Positions 24,492 to 37,914 of a stretch of 64,000 nucleotides of DNA are shown here, piece after piece. Source of the DNA: Octopus vulgaris (Eukaryota); NCBI GenBank assembly GCA_951406725.2, contig OX597815.1, forward strand, positions 63,116,001-63,180,000. Direction: 5' to 3'. Under the pieces are notes generated by a model that was given only the letters and a program-made list of their open reading frames with translations, ran no database searches and had not been told where the DNA came from. The position numbers and the translations under genes are program-made. Each line of letters starts with the position of its first letter. The first letter of the stretch is position 1.

Positions 24492-27400
24492 CACAACTGA
24501 AGACTAAAGATGGCCACAAAAAAAAAAAAGGAAAGCACCCTAAAATCGACGGAAAACAAGAAGTAAAAGACAAGAAAACTAAAACAAACACTGTTCAGAA
24601 AAAACAGAAGAACCCCAGCAAGAACTATAAGGGCAAAAGCAGAAACATCTGCAAATTCTACCTAAAAAGAGACTGCTGGCATGGCGTCGAAGGTACAAAC
24701 TGTCGTTTTGCACATCAGAAGCCCTGCCAAAACCGCATGGACACAAGACAAAAATCCCTCCCTCGGGGAGAACAAAACGATAAAGAAAAATATAAACGAA
24801 GGAAAAATGGCGCGCTGACCACTCCTGAAAGACGTTATGCATATGTAGTGCGCGAACAAATGGCCAGCTTCACCCAGATGTGAGAAGGGCAGCAGCTGAA
24901 CAGCAATCTTTTTTGTGCATGGCACAAAAAATTGCTCAGCAGCTGACCTGGCTACAAACACAAAGCTGGAACGACCACCACATAAGGCCACCACCAACAG
25001 ATTCAGGATGGCCACCACAGACACCAATACACACACCACAAAAATATTTCTACTGAACGTAGGAGGGCTGTTGGCGGCAACTGTAAAAGGAAAATCTCAT
25101 TCCTGAGAGACCTTGTGGCATGCAATCAAGCTATATGCATGGCACTCATAGAAACGCATCTTGGACCCGATATAGGGGATGCAGAAATACACATACGCAA
25201 TATGCTGTCTTACGCTCAGATAGAAAAGGTAGGAGCCATGGTGGAGTTGCAATGTACATCCGAGATGACCTCACATCCCAGGTCCTGATGTCATATTCAA
25301 ACTCAGTGTGTGACACTCAAATTGAACACATAAGACAACTGAATATCATCATATGTACTACATATCGACCACCGGATGCCCCAAATCACTCAGGCATGTT
25401 TGAAGACTGCCTAACAACAGTGGAACAACACAACAGTGTATTCTTCATGGGTGACTTTAACTTCCCCAATGTGGAATGGCCTGGGGGGGTAGATGCTCCT
25501 AGGGATGACACACCATCAGAAGGCACAGGCAGAGTCCCTGCTCCATCTCACAAATGCCTCTTTCATGGAGCAAATAGTGCTGCAACCAACAAGGGCAGAT
25601 AATATACTGGATCTCTGCTTCACAAACAATATAGATATTATCCATAATGTTAAAGTGATGCCGACAATGATCTCGGATCACAACATAATAGAGCTGTCTA
25701 TGTATGGACCAAAAGCCCCCGCAGACACACAGCCTATACGAAGCATCCACAATCTCTCCAACTTAAACTTTCATAAAGCAAATTGGAAGTTGATCGAGAA
25801 AGAGATCCTCAAACAGGATTGGCCTAAATGTCTCTCCACACCAGACATTAACATGAAACACAAACGCTTCATGTCCATAATACAAGCCATATGTGATAAA
25901 TATGTCCCAGTGTGCAGGGACGGCACAGACAAAAACAAAAACAGGATCCCTAGAGAAAGGAGGATTCTTATGAGACGACGGACAAGGATTGCAAACCGCC
26001 TGAGCAAGCACACCAAAAGTGGTGAGAAGTCTCGGCTCGAAAGAATGCTAATGGAAATTGAGAAAAGTCTGCATCAGTCTCATGAAAAGGAGAGATCAGA
26101 TTTAAGAAGCTTGGGTAATAGAAAATATAAAGTCAAACCCTAAAGCTTTCTTTAAGTTTGCCAAAGAGACAGCCACAGTGCACCAGAGAATAGGACCTCT
26201 CTTCCAAAAAGATGGCTCTCTCACAGGAAATCCCACTAGGATAAGTGAAATACTGAACGAACAGTTCCAAAGTGTGTTCACTACACCTCTAGGACACAGG
26301 CAAGTAAACAACTCAGAACAATTCTTTGCCACTTTACCTGCGGCCAAAAAGGCAAAAATTGAGTACATCAACATTGAAGATGATGATATCACACTGGCCA
26401 TAGATGAGATTGACACAAACTCAGCTGCCGGACCTGATGGATTTCCAGTGATCCTTCTCAAATCGTGAAAACGAGCTCTTGAAAAACCTCTACAGCTTCT
26501 TTTTCAGAGCTTTCTTGCAAGTGGTAAGAGCCCAGTCAAATTGAAAGAGGGGGTAATATGCCCTATCCATAAGGGAGGAAGCAGAGCAGATGCTAAAAAT
26601 TATAGGCCTATCTCTCTGACCTCACACATCAGCAAAGTCATGGAACGAATAGTCCGCAAGAAACTAATCATGTTCCTTGAAGAAAATGACTTGCTGACTG
26701 GCACCTAGCATGGATTTCGACCAGGTAGAAGCTGCCTATCACAGATCTTGCAACACTATGACTGGGTGTTAAAACAGCTACTAAATGGCTCAAATGTGGA
26801 TGTGATATATCTCGACTTTGCAAAAGCCTTTGATAAAGTCGACCACGGTATGATTTGTCACAAACTGGGTGGTCTCGGCATAGGCGGAAAACTTGGAGAG
26901 TAGCTGCACAACTTCCTAAAAGATAGAAGGCAGGCAGTTGTGACCAATGGAGCCACCTTCAAGGAAACACAAATAACAAGCGGTGTTCCACAGGGCACTG
27001 TCTTGGGGGCCACTGCTGTTCATAGTGGCCCTTTCAGACATGCCCTCAGTTGTTAAGATAGCCACCCTTGCTAGCTATGCAGATGACACAAAAATCTCCC
27101 ACACAATACAAAACCCTGGAAATATTGCACATCTGCAACAGGAGTTGGATACAATATACAGGTGGGCTGAGGACAACAACATGCAGTTTAATGCAGGTAA
27201 GTTACCTGCACACAAAGGTAAACGACATGCAGACTGGATACACTGGCCCAGGAAGAATTTCAATCTCGGAGTCAAAATCAGTGCGTGACCTGGGCATTGA
27301 CATGAGCAATGATGCATCTTTCCAACTGCATATTACTAATTTGGTGATAAAATGCAGACGGCTAGCTGGATGGATTCTCCGAACTTTCAGAACAAGAGCG

Positions 27401-28051
27401 AAGGAGACACTGATGGTCCTCTGGAAAACTTTCGTCCTCAGCCGCTTGGACTACTGCTCCCAAATATGGTCACCACACAATATAAAACTAACAGCAGAAC
27501 TCGAAGCAATTCAAAGAAGCTACACAAAGAAGATTGTCTCAATGCAACATATCAGCAACTGGGAAAGACTGAAAGTATTAAAACTCTTCTCCCTAGAGCG
27601 AAGGCGGGAGAGATATGCGGTGATATACATCTGTAAAATCCTGGAGGGTCTTGTCCCAAAATTTGGCATTCAAAGTTACCCCAACCGCAGAACGGGGCGC
27701 CATTGCATGGTGCCAAAGATTCCAACATCACCATCAAAATAGAGGACCAGATACTGCAACAGCTTGGGTTTCAGAGGAACACAGCTCTTTAACATCCTCC
27801 CTAAATGCCTGAAAGACTTGCATGGTGTGGATGTGGGTTTCTTTAAAATTAATCTGGATCTCTTTTTGTCGGGGGTCCCAGATGAACCTACCTCACGACA
27901 GGAGACACAGATGCGGGCAGCGGCATCGAACTCCCTTATTGACCAAGGACCACGTATCAGAAGTGGAATCACATATTAGTGTAGCTCATTCAGCGGTGGT
28001 GCCCCAGCATGGCCGCGGCCGTCGGGCAAAAACATTTTTAAGGATTTAAGG

Positions 28052-28055
<4 letters not shown>
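24491..28055 (+). mobile_element. CR1-group LINE, near full length, inactivated (ORF1 CCCH finger; ORF2 APE endonuclease plus RT)
   Basis: Seen: CKFYLKRDCWHGVEGTNCRFAH (CCCH); LLNVGGL, SDRKGRSHGGVAMY, YRPP, MGDFNFP, NILDLCFTN, SDHN (APE); AAGPDG, NYRPISLTS, YLDFAKAFDKVDH, SGVPQGTVLGPLLF, YADDTK, LERRRERY (RT and C-terminus). Many stops and frameshifts; tail (TAAGGATT)2; (TA)n on both flanks. Confidence 0.95.
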
Positions 28056-28131
<76 letters not shown>

Positions 28132-28132
28132 G

Positions 28133-28187
<55 letters not shown>

Positions 28188-28689
28188 TACACATATACAT
28201 ACACACACACACATATGTATGTATCTATAATACACAAACACACATGTTTGTTTCTCTCTTAAATCGAAAGATACCCTTTTTGTTTATTCTTTTTGTCCCT
28301 GCTTGTGCATTTGTGATTTTTCTATTCTTCTTAAGCCTCCGTTCTGTTCTCAATCGTAAGACACGACTTTTTTTTGTACGTCCTGTTTCTTTTCTTTTCC
28401 CTTTTATTTTTCTATTTTCCAGTTTTTTTGTTTTTTCTTTTTTTTTGGGGGGGGGGGGGTTGTCATATAAGATTAGAACTAGTTTTGTTTTGTTTGACCG
28501 TGGCATTTTCTAAAAGAGCGATATCAACCTTTTCAAGCGCTGGAATCGTACTGAGCCTTTATATAAATATTGGCTTGTATATCAATGGCTGCTTTTTTTC
28601 TCTCTCCTTTAACTGTCTGCTATAAGCCTTTCACTATTAGTTTGATATACATACATGTAAATATTTATGTATTTATGTGCGTGTATGTA

Positions 28690-28820
<131 letters not shown>

Positions 28821-29344
28821 GTATGTATGCATATGCATTTATAAACGCATACATGCTTACATACATAAACATGTACACTACACAGTACCAAAGACCGCGT
28901 CTTCTTCCTCCAGAGTAAGAGCCCAATTAATTTTCTTCTCTCTATATGAATAATAATAGTTGATGGTATTTTTCAGATTCCTTATATCTAAATACTACGT
29001 TATACAGTTTAACTTAAGATACCATTATAAAAACGTTGCACTACGTTTTAAGACTGAATAGTAATTTATGAGTTGAGACTGGTGATCTGAAATTTCATGC
29101 AGTAGTGTGAACAAAATCAGCTCTTCATATTATGTATTGTCTCCGAGAAAGTAAAAAGATTTTGCAGAAGCACTAAGCTTTGAGTGCATTGCTTCTTACA
29201 ATAGAAACAGCCGTAAGCTAATGCAGTTGATTGTGATTCCCGTTCCTTTGTCATTCAATAATTAAGATTTTGTTATCTTTAAAATAATTGATGCCTAATG
29301 TCGAAAGAATTGAGGCACAAATTTTGATGGGAACGTTAAGGCGA

Positions 29345-29675
29345 ATAGGTCGATCCCAGTACTTCACTGATACTTTATTTCATTGACTCTGAAAGAATAA
29401 AAGGCACAGTCATCTTCGGAATTATTCGAAGTCACAACGTAAAATGCTGAAGGAAATACCGCACGGCATTTTATTCGACGCCTGTTACGATTCTGCACAA
29501 ATGAGTTTGAAAATAATAACGACTTTTGATTTAGACACGATACCTGTAGTTCTTTATTCTATGAACCCCAGAATGATAAAAGGCAAAGTTAGCATCGGTA
29601 TGATTTGAACTCAGAACATTAATTAACATTAAAAAATTACGTCAGACGCCTAAACGACTCAGCCAGTCTGCCGTC
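29345..29675 (-). mobile_element. Two old SINE family B fragments
   Basis: Seen: GAATAAAAGGCACAGTC..ATTCGAAGTCACAACGTAA and GATAAAAGGCAAAGTT..GATTTGAACTCAGAAC..CAGCCAGTCTGCCGTCTT, diverged reverse complements of family B. Confidence 0.6.
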
Positions 29676-30785
29676 TTGACTGAGTTAAAATAGTAATAAA
29701 AACATTCTAATAAGAAACTCAAGAAAAACTGTAGCAATAAATTCCAAGTGAAGCCCCTTGATGTAGTAAACCAATGATTTCTCCACCCAGGTATTCCAAC
29801 TTAACGGGTGGCAAACGGGTGAAATATTTCCAACTATTTATTTGAGGAAGAGCTGTGATAATGCTTATATATTTTCCAGCTGTTCTGCTGCTATGCCTGT
29901 ATTCGTTGTTAACACCATCTTTCCAGTTGTAAATCCAGTCCCCATGAATACCACATATGTAACATCTCCAAAACTGTTGTTATATTCACAAATGTTTTCT
30001 CACAGTCTCTGATGTTGACACTGCGCTCTTCTGCAGTGAAGGTAAAGAATTCTGTTTCCAGTTAACAGCTCGGACAGCTACAGGTGTGTGACACGTGTTC
30101 ATCGCAGATCTTTTTATCGTTTCTAAGCGGCTACTTCCCTTAAGATTGCATATGTCTATTATCCATCTTATTCTATAATTTTAATGTGTATTACCATGCT
30201 TACATTTGCTCTCTATTACAGGTTTTCCTATGTAGTTACGCATATATTCACACACGCGCGCACACATACACGTATATTAACTTCAATCACTTTCCGGTAA
30301 ATATATCTATATATCACTTTCCGGTAAATATATATATATATATATATATACATATACGTTAATGAAATGTATATAAATTGTCAGAGCATAGAACAGACAT
30401 CACGTGACATAAGCACACGGTTACTAAGTAGGATCTACGAAGGCTCGAAACAACAATGTTCCAGATCCCAATAACACAATGTATTCATTAATTTCAGTTT
30501 TCATTTGTGCCAAACTATACAGTGTGACTAAGTTTGTTTACTTAAATCAGATGACGTCATATGATGTCTGGCGTAATTAACATGTAATTAATAATGAGGT
30601 TTAATGTTTTGTTTGATGTCACGTCATGATTTAACAATCTTTAGTAGATATGTACATGTGCGCATGCATGTATATGGTGGCATTTATATATATTTGTATA
30701 TATCTATAAACTTATTTATGTATCTGTGTATGTATACATATGTAAGTATATGTATACATTTATACGTGTGTGCATATATATATAT

Positions 30786-30834
<49 letters not shown>

Positions 30835-31082
30835 CGTACGTACGTGTGTATGTATGTATGTATGTATGTATGTAATTATGTAGAGTCAACAGATGAGATC
30901 CAGAGATTCTCAAAATAGAAAATATTTTATTGTGCGAAAATGATTTGAATTTACACTCCGAAACGTTTGCCGAGGACCAAGTCCGTAGGGTAAAGAGGGG
31001 CTATAAAAGGAATCCAGGTATGTTGATATGGAGATAAGGATGCAAATGCGCTTGGACTTGATATACAATATATATATATATA

Positions 31083-31381
31083 TCACGTGATCACGTGACC
31101 GACCAGACCATCAGATGTTTTACACATCGCTAGTCACAATGCGTTCGCATTGTTTTTTTAGCCTTCGAATGACGCCACCCCGTTGGCTAAGCGAGCAGGC
31201 CAACGGAAGAGTGAGATAAAGAGTGGTGAAAGAGTACAGCAGGGATCACCACCCCCTGCCGGAGCATCGTGGAGCTTTTAGGTGTCTTCGCTCAATAAAC
31301 ACTCACAACGCCCGGGAATCGAAACCGCGATCCTACAACCGCGAGTCCGCTGCCCTAACCACTAGGCCATTGCGCCTCCAC

Positions 31382-31382
<1 letters not shown>
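31083..31382 (-). mobile_element. SINE family C, full length (tRNA-derived)
   Basis: Seen (rc): A box TGGCCTAGTGG, B box GGTTTCGATTCCC, body, and tail (CACGTGAT)2. (TA)n flanks. Confidence 0.85.
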
Positions 31383-31415
<33 letters not shown>

Positions 31416-31418
<3 letters not shown>

Positions 31419-31819
31419 CGAATGAACGGCTGTGTGGTAAGTAGCTTGCTTACCAACCATATGCTTCCTGGTTCAGTCCCACTGTGTGGTACCTTGGGCA
31501 AATGTCTTCTACTATAGCCTCGGGCCTACCAAAGCCTTGTGAGTGGATTTGATAGACGGAAACTGAAAGAAGCCCGTCGTATATATGTATATATATATGT
31601 GTGTGTATATGGTTGTGTATCTGTATTGTCCCCCCAACATCGCTTGACAATCGACGCTGGTGTGTTTACGTCCTTGTAGTTTAGTGGTTCGGCAAAAGAG
31701 ACCGATAGAATAAGTACTAGGCTTACAAAGAATAAGTTCTGGGGTCAATTTGCTCGACTAAAGGCGGTGCTCCAGCATGGTCACAGTCAAATGACTGAAA
31801 CAAGTAAAAGAGTAAAAGA

Positions 31820-31820
<1 letters not shown>
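31416..31820 (+). mobile_element. SINE family A, full length (tRNA head, CORE-like segment, internal microsatellite, CR1-type tail)
   Basis: Seen: GGCTGTGTGGTAAG, GGTTCAGTCCC, CCTTGGGCAA (CORE-SINE-like) and tail GGCGGTGCTCCAGCATGG..CAGTC-aaat-GACTG-AAAC. More than 12 related copies in the window. Confidence 0.9.
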
Positions 31821-31899
<79 letters not shown>

Positions 31900-32049
31900 G
31901 TGGCAATAGAGAGAAAACATACACACTCATACACACACATATAGTAAGAGCGCAACCAGTGACATGCACACTCACATACATACATACACACATACGTACA
32001 TACATGCAAACATATACAAGCGTGGATGTGGGATTATGTTGCTAACTAT

Positions 32050-32300
32050 TAAACTGCAGTCATGGTGGTGTATCACATTGAAGAGTTTTAGTCGCAAAAC
32101 TCAATGCAAGTACTTGCTATTTTTTGAAAAATCTGATGTCATGTACACAACGGGCTTCCACGGAGTTTCCCTCAACCAAATTCACTTACAAGGCATGAGG
32201 CTATAGTAGAAAATACTAGTTCATGTTGTCGCGTATTGGAACTTAACCCGAAACCACGTGGTTAAGAAGCTTCTTAATCAAACAGCCACGCCTGCATCTA
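32050..32300 (-). mobile_element. SINE family A, diverged
   Basis: Seen: ACAACGGGCTTCCA..GAGGCTATAGTAGAA..CAGCCACGCCTGCA. Confidence 0.7.
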
Positions 32301-33079
32301 TGGCTACTTTTAAATTAAGCACCCTAAGTTTATTGTATACGGGTCGTCGACGTTTTCCATTCAACAATTCGAACTCGTTTTCACTTCGTCCGCTGGATAA
32401 TGTTTAGGGTTTACATTGGAAATGTATTGCAGAAGGTAGACACAGTAAGACGTCCAATTGACAACAGATGTTTCACTGTAAACTCTCCAACCAGCATGGG
32501 CCTTTTTTGTTCAGTTTATCATTGTAAGCAGTAATAGCATACATGGTCAAAATCTGAGCATTGCTATTGGCTACACACACACACACAAAACAGACAAGCA
32601 CTTGCATGCACGTATGTATAGTAATGTAAAATTTGTTAAACTCAACATGGGCGTAATTTGTTCGAGCGGCATATCGAATTTATAAAAAAAACTGGACAAC
32701 GAATCTGGAAAGGCGGCACTTACTGACACTACAATGAGAAAGAGGGAGAAAAAGAGAGAGAGGGGGAAGATGGAGGGAAAAGAGAGGGAGGGAGGGAGAG
32801 AGAGGTATGAGAGAGAATGATACAGAAAGCTAGAGAGCTTAGTACCTTAAAATGGAAGGAGCTTTTGAACAATGCATGGTATGTTTAGATAAAAATAAAA
32901 CAGTGAGCATGGTTGGAATGTCTTATGTCTTCTTCAGTATGCTACACGAACCACATATACTGCAATTTATAAGAACCAAGTACACTTCATATATAATATT
33001 GATAAATATATCATTAAAAGTCTCTGTAAAATAAAACCTAGCCTGTATTACACCTAACGATATACTCGTAGTTAGACTA

Positions 33080-33420
33080 TATTACAATAACGCCGGAGTG
33101 AACAATCTCTTTATCAACACAAAACCATGGAACAACAAGCCTCAGAACGTGCTGCAGGCAACCAAAGCAACATACAAATTTCAATGTAAACATAGAGTTG
33201 TAAACTTCTTGACTCAAACTGTTAAATCAAACACACAAGCACGACACTTCCTCGTCGGTTAACCATACATTTACAACAAGGATTCACTATCAACCGTCAT
33301 AACTTGCAAAATAAATTGACTGGAAAACCACTAGTTGACAAGTTTACATGATATAGAATTACATAAAAGTATGCGAAGAATCGACTGTGGAAACTTTACT
33401 GGCAGCAGCATACAAAGCCA
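33080..33420 (+). mobile_element. Penelope-like GIY-YIG endonuclease remnant
   Basis: Seen: LQATKATYKFQCK...HTSTTLPRRLTIHLQQG, resembling the VYKF.C...YIG.T.TTLSRRLT.H motif of PLE endonucleases. Heavily decayed. Confidence 0.55.
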
Positions 33421-33794
33421 CATAGATACATTAGATACATCACGCATAAAATCTAATATAGTTATATAAGTCTAAATTCTTTGTTGAAGACGTTATCGGT
33501 TATAAAATTCTTCCGAACATACTTAACGACAAGCGGCAAAGCGCGTAAACAGCATACCGTCACTCAGATTATTTTTGAAGTTGAGATTGTAAAAGTGTCG
33601 AAGCGTTGATAGAATTAAGGATTTAGGGATGCTATTGTGCCAAGATAAACATGACAGACAAGGAAGGAAGTAGGAACAACAATATACAAATAAGACACTC
33701 GAAAATAATCGTAGCTACAATATAACATACCTGAAAACGTACATTAGGGAAAATTAACGGAAAATAAAGAATAAATATTCATCAAAATAATTCT

Positions 33795-33935
33795 TTGTAC
33801 TAAAGGCACAAGGCCTGAAATTTGGGGGAAATAGAGTTAGTCGATACCCTCGATCACAGTCCTTGACTGATACTTTGTATTATCGATCCTGGAGGGATGA
33901 AAGCCAAAGTTGACCCCAGAGGAATTTGAACAGAT
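33795..33935 (-). mobile_element. SINE family B fragment
   Basis: Seen: AGGCACAAGGCCTGAAATTTGGGG..GGATGAAAGCCAAAGTTGACC..GGAATTTGAAC. Confidence 0.65.
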
Positions 33936-34262
33936 TCTGTCAGCGCATAACCCAAATATTCATCGAATAATAAAAGAGTAAAGCTTATTATAATGCATAC
34001 ACAAACGGATACATAGGCACAAATATACTCATACACGAGCATACCATATACATACATATATCTATGTATGTTTGTTTGTAAGTACGAATGTAACAGTTTT
34101 TCAGACAAACGGTTACACGAAATACTGGCAATAGAATACTCTACTTTAGGCATTCGAGTATTATTTTCTCTACCGTATCTTGCACTTGTGCTTACATATG
34201 TTTATGTGTGTCTGTGTGTGTGTGTATACATACATACATACATACATACATACATACATACA

Positions 34263-34342
<80 letters not shown>

Positions 34343-34346
<4 letters not shown>

Positions 34347-36180
34347 TAAAAACGTTAAGATAACAAAAGAACGGAAGAGACCTCAATATTATGTAAATAG
34401 AGGAAATTTATTTGTAAAATAATATGTGACAATTATTCGGTAGCCAAGATAAAACTTTGAGTTTCGGATGCCGAGGTGGAAATCCACAACACCATCTCTT
34501 CGGTTATCTGGCCATCTGAAAAATGCTATGAAAAAAGACCGTTATACAAAGGGAAATTACTGTGTTATAGTCCGCTACTTATATAAAAGCGTTAATTCAA
34601 TGACCGCTAATTAAAATAAGGTTAAAAGTTCTTAGTAAACACCTAAGCATGCCTGCTCATACGCATACATGTGCGCTTGCGCACCACGTGCGTACGTATA
34701 CATCACTATGAAAATGTACACATCTTCACTCGCATTTTTCACCAAAAGTATATACATATATATACAAACTCACACACACACACGCACAATTTTCAACACA
34801 AATTGAAAAAAAGATATAAAATATATAAAAAGCTCCAAGGAAAAAGCACTTTTTTCGGACAAAACCAAGAACTTGTACCTGGTAGATAACAGCAAATATT
34901 CACAACTTTCACTCAACAGCATCATTAATAATTACACCAAGGCTAGGCCACAGACCTATATTGAAATTAATAAAGAAGCTATCGTTATCGCCGCTAGATT
35001 TAAATTAGATAAAAAAAATAGAAGTCCTTCCCAAAAATCATAGACCATAAAGAGAACTTCATATCCAACCCTAAATGTAGGCTTATCAACCCAGCTAAGT
35101 CAGAACGAAAATTAAGACCGCTACTAGGCGGTCCAATAGTATAGAAGTCGTAGACTGGTTTAAAACCACTGAGAATAAGAAAAAAGCGAGGTTTACACAA
35201 TTCGATATTGTTGACTTTTATGCCTCTATCTCTAAAGAACTGCTAGATAAAGCCCTCGTCTTCGCTAGCGATTTCATAGAAATCAGTACACAGGATAAGG
35301 ATATAATCTTCCATGCTAGAAAGACCTTACTTTTCAGCGAGAATGCAGAGTGGTGCTTTCGATGTGAGGATGGGGTCATATGATGGAGCAGGCATATGCG
35401 ATCTTATTGGATTATTTCTACTAGATACATTAGGTAAGACCTTTCCTGACGTATATTTCACCATCTACAAAGATGATGCCCTCGCTTTAACCGTTAATAC
35501 AAATGGACCAGCACAAGATCGATTTAGGAAGGATATTATCCATTTAATGAAAAACTTCGGACTTAGTATAACTATAGATACTAACCTGACGGTTGTCAAT
35601 TTCCTAGACGTTTCCTTAGATCTAAATAAGAACATTTATAAGCCTTATAGGAAGCCCAATGATAGACTTAGTTATATTAATGTAGGTTCATGCCATCCCA
35701 CTATAGTATTCAAAAATTTAGTTTAAATTATTAGTAGAGAATTTCTAGCCTCTCTTCCGATAAGGACATTTCTAATATCGTTGCCCCAGTATATAATAAG
35801 GCTCTAAAAGATAGTGGTTTTAGCGAAGAAATAACCTATACACCTGTTACTAGCCCAACAGTAAAAACGAGGAAAAATAGAAACAGGAAGATCATCTGGT
35901 TCACACCTCCCTACTCAACCGAGGTGACCTTCAATATAGGTAAATATTTCTTAGCTCTGATAAATAGACATTTTCCAGTTAACCTTACTTACAGGAAGCT
36001 CTTCAATAAATACAATTTAAAAATTAGTTTTAGTTCAACTACCAATTTAAAAAATATAATCGCACATAATACACAAAAACCACAACGCGAAAACAGCTGT
36101 TCATGCAGGAATTAAAAAATTGTGCCCGCTAAATGGAGCTTGCATGTCCGAGACCATCATCTATGAAGCTACCTTGGACT
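34343..36180 (+). mobile_element. Penelope-like retroelement, decayed (inverted terminal module, RT, start of GIY-YIG)
   Basis: Seen: DHKENFISNPKCRLINPAKSE, FTQFDIVDFYASI, MGSYDGAGICDLIG, YKDD (RT active-site-like), VNFLDVSLDL..YKPYRKPND, RKIIWFTPPYS, CSCRN..PLNGACM..IIYEAT. Stops and frameshifts present. Confidence 0.92.
34444..34512 (-). ncRNA. Hammerhead-like motif in the inverted Penelope terminal module
   Basis: Seen (rc): agataa-CCGAAGA-gatg..(long stem II)..catcc-GAAA-C-tcaaa-G-TT-ttatct. Stem I agataa/ttatct; U4 to C core variant. Confidence 0.6.
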
Positions 36181-36182
36181 CT

Positions 36183-36422
36183 ATCTGGCCACCACAGTCC
36201 TCAGATCTCAATATTATTGAACATTTATGGTGAATTTTAGAAAAACAAGTGAGGAGTCGATATCTTCCACCATAACCATCAAGTGGAGACTGTTTTAGCT
36301 GAAGAATGGACAAATATTCCTTTGGAAAAAATTCAAAATTTGTACAAGTCCATACCTCGTAGAATTCAAACTGTAATTACTGCCAAAGGTGGTCCTACTC
36401 CATTATTTTCTCCAATCTCTGT
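36183..36422 (+). mobile_element. Tc1-like transposase C-terminal remnant and right end
   Basis: Seen: WPPQSSDLNIIEHLW (DD34E WPxQSPDLNPIE motif) and EEWTNIPLEKIQNLYKSIPRRIQTVITAKGGPT. It truncates the Penelope ORF. Confidence 0.88.
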
Positions 36423-36885
36423 GTGTACACGTATCACTTTCTTTCCTTTTTTATTTATTTATTTCACACACATACACACACGCAAACACACATAGAAGCA
36501 CACATATTCATATTACAATTTGTATTCTGAAGAGATGATGGTCACAAAACTGTAGCATTGAAACGTACGGAATGTAGGAAATAATTAATCCCGCTTACTG
36601 TTATCTTAATTATTACATGCACGCAAATTCAGACATACAGCATACACTCATACATATTCACACGGACTTACACATCTTCACACACATACACACACAAACA
36701 AAAAAAAAAATACTGTCTACAAAACAATGTTGCTGCAACATACTATATTTTTAGTGTTCGAGTTATTTTGCTAAGTATGTGTGTGCGTGAGTGTGTGAGT
36801 GTATGTATGCATGTGTGTGTGCGTGTGCACGTAGACTTAAAAAATATTTAATAAAAAATTCATTCACTTAGACATATACACACAC

Positions 36886-36937
<52 letters not shown>

Positions 36938-36938
36938 G

Positions 36939-36981
<43 letters not shown>

Positions 36982-36991
36982 GTACATGCAT

Positions 36992-37035
<44 letters not shown>

Positions 37036-37038
37036 TTA

Positions 37039-37084
<46 letters not shown>

Positions 37085-37352
37085 TATATATAGTTAACAC
37101 ATATATTAACAGCCTTACATACACATAGCAGATATACGTGAAGCCAGCAAACAAAATAATCATGTTTAAACGCATACGTGAGCAAGATACCCATACAGGG
37201 GGACACGCAACACATACATAAACTACACAATCACACACACGCTTACACCAACGTGTGTGTATGTGTGTGTTAACGCATAGTGCACACACAGAGAAACTTA
37301 TACATATATCTACAGCGAACAACAAATATGTACATAGCAGCAGCTACCACAC

Positions 37353-37423
<71 letters not shown>

Positions 37424-37914
37424 TACACCCATCCATCGACCAACGTCTGACAGTCCACGTCTTTATTTATTTATACATCATGTCTGAAATAGAGGCAGAA
37501 GGAGGGGAGTGTCTCCGCCTCACGCTCCTCCTCCTTCTCCACCATTTCTTTTGACTCTCTCCCCCCCTCTCTCTCTCTCTCTCATACAAACACTATCACT
37601 CTTTTTGTCATTCCCCTTTTTCCCCTTTTCATCCTCCTTGTATCTGTCTCTTTCTGAATATGCTTGTTTCTTTTCATTCACATTCCCTCTCTCCTTATTT
37701 CTCTTTTCTCTCAATCCCTCCCCCTCTCTATGATTCCTCGCTCTTCTCTTTGTGTGTTAACGGTTTCTTTTCAGTCTAAAGCTCCGTCTTTCTCCGTCTC
37801 TTACTCTAGCTCTGTTTTTCTCTCCTCTTTCACCTCACCATATCTGTCTCACTAGATAGATGTGTCTGTCTGGCTGCCGCCTTTCTCTCCTCCATCTCCC
37901 ATTAATTCACTTTT

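Noticed and set aside
29930-29975. Minus-strand RCYICGIHG zinc-knuckle-like peptide
   Set aside because: Incomplete CCHC with stops nearby and no other gag or pol evidence.
30287-30332. Direct repeat ATCACTTTCCGGTAAATATAT x2 (similar duplication at 19860-19940)
   Set aside because: Simple local slippage duplication beside (TA)n.
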